Below, one piece after another: positions 37,096-45,555 of a stretch of 62,300 nt of DNA (positions are counted from its first letter, which is position 1; each line of letters starts with the position of its first letter). The position numbers were made by a program, and so were the translations under genes. The notes under the pieces are model-generated. The model was not told where the DNA came from. It saw only the letters and a list, made by a program, of their open reading frames with translations, and did not search any database. Where the stretch lies: the NCBI GenBank assembly GCA_035530895.1, contig DATKTW010000134.1, forward strand, positions 1 through 62,300, given 5' to 3'. The DNA is from Candidatus Nanopelagicaceae bacterium (lineage in GTDB: Archaea > Asgardarchaeota > Lokiarchaeia > Sigyniarchaeales > SOKP01).

Positions 37096-38718
37096 GTGAT
37101 TCACCTCATTAATAAAAATAGGACTGAGATTAAAATAGGAGATAATAAGATTTTTATCGAAGATAGATATACTTTAGTACAAGGAAAATTTAATCTTAAT
37201 CAATTCCATGAATATTATAATGACGTTTATCTTCAGATTCAAGAAAATTTAGATTTAATTCCAGTAGAAAAATTTATTAAAATAATTTCAAACGAACCAA
37301 ATAATTTATTTGGCTTAAGTAATTTTACGAAAATCCTAGACCTCTTATTTGATTATAGTAAGGTTGTTGAAAATAATCTAGAAATTTACTTAAGATTTAA
37401 TAAAAATATAGAAATTTTGTATACCCTCTTAAAGTTAATTTATTTCTCAGCAAAAAAGAAAATCCTATCTAGAGAGTTAGAATTATCAAAAATTCGTAAA
37501 TCCTCGAGCGATATCTTAGCGACTGCAGATTTAATGAAAAGTTTGACAGAATCTATAAATAATAATAAGGTGAAATTGTCCTACATCAAAGAAGATTATT
37601 TTCAGCGTAAAAATCAAATTGACAAAATCAAGAATGATCTTACAACTTATGAAACCCTAATTCAAGAGCAATCTCATATTAAAAAAAATTGCTTTGATCA
37701 AATTAATAAAATTACTCGGAAATTAGAAGGATCAAAAACAGAAAATGAAGATGATTCGTTTTTAAGGTTAGGTATTGATACAAATTTAACGAATTCAGAG
37801 AAGATTAGAGCCCTTCAAAAAAAAGCAAAAGATACTCAATATGAAATTAACAAGATTAGGCTAAGATCAAAACAATCACAAGCAGAATTCGAAGAGCTTT
37901 CACCAAATTATGAAATTTACAGAAACGATTATGAAGAAATTTTAAAAACCATAAACGAAGATGAGGAAAGATTGAGACAGGTTCATAAGAATTATGAAAA
38001 AGAACTTAGGGAAAATAAAGAAATTCAATTTGGAGAGACTGAAGATTTACTCTCACGATCTATTAGACCGTCTTTAGAGATTGAACAAGAAATAATAAAA
38101 GTTGAGTCTGAATTAGATAATTTGTCGTTTCCAAACAATTTAAAAAAGGAAAACCCTCCAAGTAACATACCTATAATGATTGAGAAGTTTAAAGAAATTG
38201 ACGCAACCCTCAGAAATAACGATGAAGAAATAAAAATTAGCGTAAAAGAAGAAGAAATCGAAGAAGTTTTTGAACATCTTCGTATTTTTGAGAATAAAAT
38301 TAAGGACATTGAAGATGTTATGAATAAGTTTCTAAAAGAGATTCAACTTCAAGTACAATTTAACCTCGTTACAAACCAAATGAACACTGCTTTTCTGATA
38401 AAGACGAATTTCACAAGAAAATACAAAATTAAAGTAAATTTTGAGAATTTAACTACTCCTGAAAAAATTTTTTTCATAATTAGTTTTTTTATCTCGTTTA
38501 AAGTCTTGCTAAATTCAAATAATATTATTTTTTCAAATTTATTTGTTCTTCCTGTATATAATAAAGGTGGTTCAATATATAGAACCATCAGGAAAATTTT
38601 GCCCCTATTTGAATCTGACGAAAATTTATCTAATGTGAGTATTATATTGCTTATGTCAAACCTAGAGTTGAAAAAAGATATAGAAAATTTGAAAATTATA
38701 AAAGTAAATGAGAGTTGA
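37096..38718 (+). CDS. SMC/Rad50-like coiled-coil protein with degenerate ABC-ATPase head motifs (operon gene 7)
   Basis: 540 aa. The N-terminus IHLINKNRTEIKIGDNKIFIEDRYTLVQGKFNLNQF has head-like spacing but no GxxGxGKS. A ~300-aa coiled coil follows. The C-terminus LTTPEKIFFIISFFISF...LFVLPVYNKGG...VSIILLMSN resembles the signature/Walker-B/D-loop layout without LSGGE or DE. This is a by-eye remote similarity. Confidence 0.4.
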   Translation: MIHLINKNRTEIKIGDNKIFIEDRYTLVQGKFNLNQFHEYYNDVYLQIQENLDLIPVEKFIKIISNEPNNLFGLSNFTKILDLLFDYSKVVENNLEIYLRFNKNIEILYTLLKLIYFSAKKKILSRELELSKIRKSSSDILATADLMKSLTESINNNKVKLSYIKEDYFQRKNQIDKIKNDLTTYETLIQEQSHIKKNCFDQINKITRKLEGSKTENEDDSFLRLGIDTNLTNSEKIRALQKKAKDTQYEINKIRLRSKQSQAEFEELSPNYEIYRNDYEEILKTINEDEERLRQVHKNYEKELRENKEIQFGETEDLLSRSIRPSLEIEQEIIKVESELDNLSFPNNLKKENPPSNIPIMIEKFKEIDATLRNNDEEIKISVKEEEIEEVFEHLRIFENKIKDIEDVMNKFLKEIQLQVQFNLVTNQMNTAFLIKTNFTRKYKIKVNFENLTTPEKIFFIISFFISFKVLLNSNNIIFSNLFVLPVYNKGGSIYRTIRKILPLFESDENLSNVSIILLMSNLELKKDIENLKIIKVNES

Positions 38719-38728
38719 TGAGAAATAG

Positions 38729-39238
38729 ATGGAAACTGTGAATTTTGAAGAGATAGTAAAAAACATCGCTAAAATCGTTCTAACAAGCCCCCAAAAAATG
38801 ATTAGAGAAGAAGATCTCCTGATTTTAACTAAGAACTTGGATTTTGAACAGGTGATAAGCGCTGTTTATTCAAATTTAAAAAATGTAGGGTTTGAATTTA
38901 TCAAGTCGAGGTTCTTAGATCAAAATTATTACATTTTAACTTCTGAAGGAAAAGATGATAGAGTTACTCCATCACAATACGGAACTCTCGCTCTAATCCT
39001 TGCGCTTAGCAAAGAATTGGATGAAAATTTAGACCTAAATGACCTAAAAGATATTTTTAAAGAAGTATGGAATACTGATATGAAATTTTTAATCGAAAAC
39101 GATTATTTAAGAAAAATCAATGACCAAAATATACTTAGAATAACGCCATTAGGAAAAGCGCTTTTAAAAAATATAATTAAAGATATTGAATTAAAAAACT
39201 TATTGGAAGCCTTTAAAAGAAAAAAAGAAACAGCATAA
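38729..39238 (+). CDS. small tandem winged-helix-like protein (ScpB/kite- or Vps25-like topology) (operon gene 8)
   Basis: 169 aa with two wHTH-like halves (EEDLLILTKNLDFEQVISAVYSNLKNVGFEFIKS..YYILTSE and LALILALSKE..FLIENDYLRKINDQNILRITPLGKALL). Confidence 0.4.
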   Translation: METVNFEEIVKNIAKIVLTSPQKMIREEDLLILTKNLDFEQVISAVYSNLKNVGFEFIKSRFLDQNYYILTSEGKDDRVTPSQYGTLALILALSKELDENLDLNDLKDIFKEVWNTDMKFLIENDYLRKINDQNILRITPLGKALLKNIIKDIELKNLLEAFKRKKETA

Positions 39239-39258
39239 GTTAAAAAAAAAAGATTTAC

Positions 39259-39642
39259 TTATTCCTTGTCTAAATCGATCTTAAATTGGTCGTAAATTTT
39301 TTTCACGCGATCAGCGGAAGGGCCAGTACCTCTCACCCCGTCTTCATTTACGATAATTTTCCCATTTAAAATAGAAATAATGTTTTGATCTTCTATATAA
39401 TTTACATGCCCTTTGGAAAAAATAGTAGCAATTCTGTCTGCTAATCCTTGCATAGGAAACGGTTCTTCTTCAACAGTAACATAATGATAATATGAGTTCC
39501 TAATCATTATTTTTGGGAAAACTTTATTTTTTTCACTTTTAACATTTGTAAGAATGAGATTACTGTCCTCTGAAACTCCTTTGAGTTGTCCTACGAAGAA
39601 TTTATCATTATCAAGATAAACTTTAACTATTTTATCAATCAA
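39259..39642 (-). CDS. Sm-like (LSm) domain protein with ~65-aa C-terminal extension
   Basis: 127 aa. Sm1-like VKVYLDNDKFFVGQLKGVSEDSNLILTNV and Sm2-like IMIRNSYYHYV, then an extra domain. Confidence 0.55.
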   Translation of the reverse strand: MIDKIVKVYLDNDKFFVGQLKGVSEDSNLILTNVKSEKNKVFPKIMIRNSYYHYVTVEEEPFPMQGLADRIATIFSKGHVNYIEDQNIISILNGKIIVNEDGVRGTGPSADRVKKIYDQFKIDLDKE

Positions 39643-39774
39643 TAAACCTAATTCGGTATTATATTGCCTTAGACTGATATTTCAACACCTTCAATAAAAA
39701 ATATTTTTTACTTTATTATTATATTCATTTACTTTTATTTTTAATTTAATTTCTACATCATAAATTTATACAAT

Positions 39775-40434
39775 TTAATTGTAAAATAGTTCTTTTACTA
39801 ATTCGGGTATATTCTCATCTGTAATAGCACTGGTTGTAAACACTTTTATATTCGGATTTATTTCAATAGCATCTCTAATCATTTCTTCTAGATTTACCTC
39901 TATTACATCAATTAGATCTATTTTATTTATTACTGCTATATCAGAAAATTTAAATAGCATAGGGTGTTTACGAATTACCCATGGACCTTCAGTAATTGAG
40001 ACTACTACAATCCGCTTATTTGTTCCTAAAATAAAATCTGAGGGACATATTAGATTACCCACATTTTCTATAAAAACAACATCAAAATTATTTAAATCAT
40101 AGTTTTTTATTACTTGAGAGATATGATATGAATTTAAGGCACATTCTCTACCTGTGTTAATCTGAACGGTTTTAACACCATGTTTTTCAATGCGATCAGC
40201 ATCAATACGCGTGACAACATCCCCATTAATAACTAAAACTCGCTTATTTCTTGAGATCTTTTTCGAAATTGACTCCAATAAAGCAGTTTTTCCTGCACCT
40301 ATAGCCCCAACAATATCAAAAGACACAATATTATGCTTTTTGAATATTTCTTTATTTTGAGCTGCTAGATTATCGTTGTTTTCAATTAAATCTTCATTTA
40401 ATTCAATAACTTTTGATAATCCATCTTCAGACAT
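39775..40434 (-). CDS. hypB: hydrogenase nickel-incorporation GTPase HypB (G3E family)
   Basis: 219 aa. GAIGAGKTALLE P-loop, ENVGNLICP and INKIDL motifs. No other hyp genes in the window. Confidence 0.8.
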   Translation of the reverse strand: MSEDGLSKVIELNEDLIENNDNLAAQNKEIFKKHNIVSFDIVGAIGAGKTALLESISKKISRNKRVLVINGDVVTRIDADRIEKHGVKTVQINTGRECALNSYHISQVIKNYDLNNFDVVFIENVGNLICPSDFILGTNKRIVVVSITEGPWVIRKHPMLFKFSDIAVINKIDLIDVIEVNLEEMIRDAIEINPNIKVFTTSAITDENIPELVKELFYN

Positions 40435-40530
40435 TTTAATTTAATGATTTAATTAATTTAAGATAGAAAAAATAAGATTTAATCGTTGATATTTTTTACT
40501 AATTCCAAAAAAAAATGAAGAATATAATTC

Positions 40531-41466
40531 TTATCTCATAAACATTCTATACTTATATACCAAATATGATCCTACTATTCCACCTAATTCAGGAAGATAG
40601 TAGAGAAAATATAGGGGTGAACCACTTAACCCAAAGATTAATCCTGGAATTAACCTAAATAGAATAATTATAAGTAAAAAACTCTTTCCACTCATCCTGA
40701 TTGGAATTATTGTTACTAGTGTTGTTAACTTTTGATCCATTGCAGGGAAAATAGTAAAAGTAAACAAGCCAAATAGTCCCCCCCAAACTAATCCAACGCT
40801 ATCAAAATTAGACAAACTGTCTAAAGGATAGTAAAGTATTAACCCAAGCCTCAATATAATATAAAACATTATAGAAACAAATCCGGAAAATAAGAATAAT
40901 TTTACTAAGAATCTCGTTCCAAAGGTTGATTCAATCATTCTCCCCATTAAATAAGCGAAGTAAAATACTATAAATATAAGAATTATTGAAAAGAAGAAGA
41001 AATAGTCGAATGGATTAATTGAATATAAAAAAAGAGATGTAATAAAAGTATGAAATGTAAATTTGTAAATTATAGCATTTAAGCTTAAAAAAACATACTC
41101 TTCTATACCCAAACTTCTAAAAATTATCGCTACTATTGAAAAGGAGATAATTATTAAAAGTATCACTTTAATACCTTGATATTGTGATTTCCTAGACGAG
41201 TACCTGCGCATTTGCTTTAATGATTTTTTCTTCTGCCTTTCTTGTCTTCTTATATATTTAGTAACATTTATTGCTCCTTTATTGGAATCACCTTGTTTAA
41301 GTTTAGATTCTTTAAGAGATGAAGTTATGACAGGAATATGTTTTGATTCAAAACTGCATTGGTGATTCTCAGGTAAACGATGTTCTTTACAATAAGCTCC
41401 TCCGCAATACTTGCATTTAAATGGTAAGAAGTTTATTTTTTCCCCACAATGTTCGCAAAATGTCAT
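40531..41466 (-). CDS. AN1-type zinc finger fused to a rhomboid-like membrane domain that appears to lack the catalytic Ser/His
   Basis: 311 aa. Perfect AN1 spacing CEHC-x10-CKYC-x4-CKEH-x5-HQC. Rhomboid-like MIESTFGTRFLVKLFLFSGFVS. The position expected for GxSG reads GLVWGG, and the position expected for (A)HxGG reads PELGG. Confidence 0.55.
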   Translation of the reverse strand: MTFCEHCGEKINFLPFKCKYCGGAYCKEHRLPENHQCSFESKHIPVITSSLKESKLKQGDSNKGAINVTKYIRRQERQKKKSLKQMRRYSSRKSQYQGIKVILLIIISFSIVAIIFRSLGIEEYVFLSLNAIIYKFTFHTFITSLFLYSINPFDYFFFFSIILIFIVFYFAYLMGRMIESTFGTRFLVKLFLFSGFVSIMFYIILRLGLILYYPLDSLSNFDSVGLVWGGLFGLFTFTIFPAMDQKLTTLVTIIPIRMSGKSFLLIIILFRLIPGLIFGLSGSPLYFLYYLPELGGIVGSYLVYKYRMFMR

Positions 41467-41647
41467 GGATTATACCTATAGTGTTGGAAAATAAAAATTG
41501 TTACTAATTCGATCACTTTTTTTAATCTGGTTTAATGATTTAAAGCTATCATCATACATAATTTTTTTTAAATTTTTTTAAAACTTTCAAAAAAAAATTG
41601 TACTTTGAAGGAACTAAGCTAAACAATTGAAGTTTTATCACTTGAGC

Positions 41648-42592
41648 TTATGGAAGATAGAGACTTAGACTTATGGAAGTATTTGTAATAATCATTGTTA
41701 ATATAAGTAATGGCACTAATGCCCCTATCAATCCAAAATATACTTTTTTTTTCCATTTCCATATATTTTGCCCATCCAAAATCCCAAAAGGGATCATATT
41801 AAATGATCCTAACATGAAATTTAAATACGCTCCAATACAAAAGATATAATTAAGGGGATATAATGACTTTGGAAAAATTAACGAAATTAGAAACAATATG
41901 ATGCCATACACCAAATTTATAAAAGGACCCGCTGCTTTACATAATCCTGTTTTTCTACTAATCTTGTCAAGGCCTAAAACAACGACCGCGCCAGGCAAAG
42001 CAAACCTTCCAATAGAGACTAAAGTCATTAGCAAACCATATGTAAGTAGTCTAAATTTTGTCTGCAATTTAAAATGAAGAGCTACTTGGCGATGCCCTAA
42101 TTCGTGAAAGAGAAACGCAGTTACATAAAAACCCGCTAGTACAAATAAAGTCCATAAATATGTAGAACCTATACTGGAGTAAAAACTCATAAGTCCAACA
42201 GCATATATAATTATCCCCGCAATTAAGAAATGAGTCAATTCAGATTTATGAGCGAGAAATATTCCCTTGAACGAGATTCCAGAGTCTGGATCAAAAGCGT
42301 TTTCTGGAACTGCTTGTTCTTGTCGATACCACGTATAAGTGCCATCACTGGTGCCTCGAATTATGCCGTCTGACATGGTACTTTGTGTGGTGCTCTGAGG
42401 CATTACTTGATTTGGAGTTGCATATGATGGAGTTGTTTGCGACGCTTGTTGCGGTCTGAAATTTAAGCTCTCAATAACAATATTACATTCATGTTCAATA
42501 GGATCTTTATGTATTGAGCAATAAGATTGGCCACATTTAGAACAACCAAACAATTCGGGGTTCTCGGTTCCACAATGATAACAGATCGGCAT
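41648..42592 (-). CDS. AN1-type zinc finger fused to an M50/site-2-protease-like intramembrane metalloprotease
   Basis: 314 aa. AN1 spacing CYHC-x9-CSKC-x4-CSIH-x5-HEC, HELGH zinc-binding motif in a TM helix, and multiple TM segments. Confidence 0.65.
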   Translation of the reverse strand: MPICYHCGTENPELFGCSKCGQSYCSIHKDPIEHECNIVIESLNFRPQQASQTTPSYATPNQVMPQSTTQSTMSDGIIRGTSDGTYTWYRQEQAVPENAFDPDSGISFKGIFLAHKSELTHFLIAGIIIYAVGLMSFYSSIGSTYLWTLFVLAGFYVTAFLFHELGHRQVALHFKLQTKFRLLTYGLLMTLVSIGRFALPGAVVVLGLDKISRKTGLCKAAGPFINLVYGIILFLISLIFPKSLYPLNYIFCIGAYLNFMLGSFNMIPFGILDGQNIWKWKKKVYFGLIGALVPLLILTMIITNTSISLSLYLP

Positions 42593-42824
42593 TTTTTATG
42601 AGTTCACTTTTCTTAATTAATTAAGAAGAACTTATACATGATATGAAGTTCACCATTAATAATATTAAGTTAAGATAAATGTTATTTCTGGAACTCTGTT
42701 TTTTATATATTTTAATACGCTACAATAGATTGTTTAATTCAGTGATTTCTCCCCCGTTCTTAATTACCATAAAATAATTAAACGACAATTTACCTATTTA
42801 ATTATACAAAGTAACTAAAAACAG

Positions 42825-43079
42825 TTGATTATAACGGGAAAAAAAACAGTCTATTGCCCAACATGCGAACAAAATGTCGTTTTAAGACGGAAGAATTTTG
42901 AACATATCTACCACGAAATACTTTGCTTCTCCGTCATCCTAACGGCTGGTTTAGGCTTTATATTTTACTTAATCTTGAAATACAGCAAGAAAAAAAACAG
43001 ATGCCCAAATTGCGAAGCACAATTCGATATTAACATTCTTTCAGATAGCGAAATTCTTGAAAAAGATATGACTCATTAG
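42825..43079 (+). CDS. small membrane protein with split zinc ribbon
   Basis: 84 aa, TTG start. CPTC ... TM helix ... CPNC. Confidence 0.4.
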   Translation: MIITGKKTVYCPTCEQNVVLRRKNFEHIYHEILCFSVILTAGLGFIFYLILKYSKKKNRCPNCEAQFDINILSDSEILEKDMTH

Positions 43080-43082
43080 TAT

Positions 43083-43337
43083 TTACTGAACTTTCATTTC
43101 GTTTCTGCATCGAGGACAAATGCGATCTTTTTCTGATAATTCTTTTTTCATTATTGTCTTTTTGTATTTACATTTTGGTTTAGAGCAGATAAGAACAAAT
43201 TTCGTTAATTTTATTGATTCATCTTCACATTTCTCTTCTATTGGTTGAGTCTTAGTTTTTTTTTTTGATCTTGCCTCTTCTTTATTCTCAGATTTTTTTA
43301 CAGTTCCTTCTGGTTTTATCCATTTATCTAATCCCAA
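43083..43337 (-). CDS. small lysine-rich zinc-ribbon protein
   Basis: 84 aa. Basic N-terminus, then CSKPKC ... CPRC. Confidence 0.4.
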   Translation of the reverse strand: MGLDKWIKPEGTVKKSENKEEARSKKKTKTQPIEEKCEDESIKLTKFVLICSKPKCKYKKTIMKKELSEKDRICPRCRNEMKVQ

Positions 43338-43469
43338 ATTTGTGTCACTTTATCAGCTTTAACTGTTTAATTCTCTCAATATATAAATAAAGTAATTGTT
43401 CATAATATATAGCTCTCAGTAATTAATATAATAAGAATAAAAAAAAATGTTACTAATCGACACTCAAAA

Positions 43470-44711
43470 TTAATAAGTTTGAACTTTTCCCTCAATTAAA
43501 CGCTTCCGTAAATCAATAAAGTACTCCTTGCTTAACATCTCTTCAGAAACTTCTTTAGCTATTTTTTCAATGCTCGCAAAATTTACATTTTCAGCAGGGA
43601 TCAGTTCTATCGAATTCACCCAAGGATCAGTAATAGGTCGTCCAATCTGGGAAAGTAATTTTACATGTGCTTCTAAAATGTCCCCCTCTCCCCTTTTATA
43701 GATCTCTCTACTCATTTCTGTGCCTAGAACATTATACAATTTACCTACATGGTTTATTGGGTTTTTTCCACAAACCGCTTCCAAACTCATCGGTCTACAA
43801 GGAGTAATTAACCCATTCGATCGATTACCTCTTCCTACTTCACCATCATCTCCAGCTTCAGCTGAAGTTCCCGTTATTGTAAGATAAAGAATTCCTTTTT
43901 CTATGTTATCTCCCACATTTACTTGGCAAGTGACTTCGCGTTCGGGTATTATTTTAGCCGCCAAATCTAAAACAGCGTCTTTAATTTGACTTGTGTAATT
44001 AAGATATTCATCGGCGTCATTGATGTATTTGCTAACCATCGCAGCCGCTACAGTAATTCCTACTTTATTACCGAGTCTTTCGGTCATAACTTTAATATCT
44101 TCTCCCGAACCTTTACATTTCTCTTTGAATTTATCTGAGTTAATCAGTTTTTCAGCTTCTAATGTTATCTTTTCTACATCTGAGTAGGGAGCATAACCCA
44201 CTCCAAAACTCGTATCGTTTGAAAGTGGTATGTCTTCTGAGTGGTGGGAGTCATCAAAAACTCCAGTTAAGTCTATAGATCCAGGTCGGACGGCATAATC
44301 GAATTGGATGTCTCTATTAAGGTTAAGATTCCTGAAAATATCACCGAGTATTTTTCTTTGTGTGTCAATACAAATAGTCGCAACGGGTATATATTCTAAT
44401 TTACTTTCAGTTCCACATTCAATGAGGATTTGATTTATTGCTCTTCCCACTATTAAAAAATATTGTGGTTGTATTATTAATCCTCCACCAAACTTTGGTT
44501 TAGCTGTTCCTCCAACTAGTGCTGCTTTATCAACGTTGTGATGATAAACCCTATCGAAGTTTTCCAGATAGTACAAACAAAGAGCTCTCGAACAAGCATC
44601 GGCTACTGCGTCACACACGCTATCGGGGTGCCCCACGCCTTTCCGCTCGCATATTTCCGGAAATTCGCTCTTTTCGATCGGTAAAAAATTCGCTTGTGAA
44701 ATTTTCAACAT
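43470..44711 (-). CDS. mat: archaeal-type S-adenosylmethionine synthetase
   Basis: 413 aa. [13 protein letters not shown] and other blocks typical of archaeal MAT. Confidence 0.9.
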   Translation of the reverse strand: MLKISQANFLPIEKSEFPEICERKGVGHPDSVCDAVADACSRALCLYYLENFDRVYHHNVDKAALVGGTAKPKFGGGLIIQPQYFLIVGRAINQILIECGTESKLEYIPVATICIDTQRKILGDIFRNLNLNRDIQFDYAVRPGSIDLTGVFDDSHHSEDIPLSNDTSFGVGYAPYSDVEKITLEAEKLINSDKFKEKCKGSGEDIKVMTERLGNKVGITVAAAMVSKYINDADEYLNYTSQIKDAVLDLAAKIIPEREVTCQVNVGDNIEKGILYLTITGTSAEAGDDGEVGRGNRSNGLITPCRPMSLEAVCGKNPINHVGKLYNVLGTEMSREIYKRGEGDILEAHVKLLSQIGRPITDPWVNSIELIPAENVNFASIEKIAKEVSEEMLSKEYFIDLRKRLIEGKVQTY

Positions 44712-44863
44712 TTTGCATAAACTCTATGTTATTTATATAAATAGTTATTTTAATTATGTATCTTAAAATTAATGGTATTTATTAATAATTATTGATAATA
44801 ATATGCATGATTTGCATGAAAAATGCTCTTAAATTATAATAATTAAACTTTACGCATTTTAAA

Positions 44864-45430
44864 ATGGAATTATTACCCGATTCTTCACAAATTAAAAATT
44901 TACGAAAGAGTTTAAATATTAGTCAAAAAGAGTTGGGAGAGAAATTAAGCATTTCTCAATCTACGATATCAAGAATAGAAAATGGTACGATGGATCCCCC
45001 CTACTCCAAGTTTAAATTAATTTATGAATTCTTAGAAAATGAAAGAATAGCTCGTAAACAATCCACAAAACATGCCGTAGACATTTTAACTCCAGAAATT
45101 ATATTCATAAATCCGCATTCAACTGTGAGAGAAGCCGTAGAGTTGATGACAAACTATAATATATCACAAATCCCAATTTTAGAGAATAATCATAATTATG
45201 GAAGTATTACATCTAAAAAAATTCAGAAATATATAACTGACGATCCCGTAATTTTGAATTTAAAGGTAACAGATGTCAAAGAATTGCCTTTCCCAGAAGT
45301 AGAAAAAAATTGGAATGTAAAAGACATATCAAGTTTATTGATAAATTATCCCGCAGTTTTAGTTAAAGAAGACAAAAAATACATAGGGATAATTACAGAC
45401 TCTAATTTTCTTCAACTTATGAGTAAATAA
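44864..45430 (+). CDS. XRE-family HTH plus CBS-pair domain regulator
   Basis: 188 aa. IKNLRKSLNISQKELGEKLSISQSTISRIENG HTH, followed by a CBS-like region (ISQIPIL, GIITDSNFL). Confidence 0.7.
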   Translation: MELLPDSSQIKNLRKSLNISQKELGEKLSISQSTISRIENGTMDPPYSKFKLIYEFLENERIARKQSTKHAVDILTPEIIFINPHSTVREAVELMTNYNISQIPILENNHNYGSITSKKIQKYITDDPVILNLKVTDVKELPFPEVEKNWNVKDISSLLINYPAVLVKEDKKYIGIITDSNFLQLMSK

Positions 45431-45555
45431 AAAACCCCGTAAGTACAAACTGGAATCTAAGAGTTAGTTTATTTAATAAGTAAATCGTTCCAAAATCTTG
45501 TATCACAATAAAAAAATTTTATTAAACTATTTAGCTTTTTTAGATATGGGTTTAA

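Noticed and set aside
30297-39238. Considered whether the eight-gene operon is the canonical Asgard ESCRT cluster or an integrated provirus/plasmid.
   Set aside because: Against ESCRT: the AAA+ protein lacks an MIT-like N-terminus, there are no ~200-aa Snf7-like proteins, and I see no ubiquitin-system genes. Against a provirus: there is no integrase, capsid-like or terminase-like gene, no flanking direct repeats that I could see, no adjacent tRNA, and no visible base-composition shift. Neither idea is excluded rigorously.
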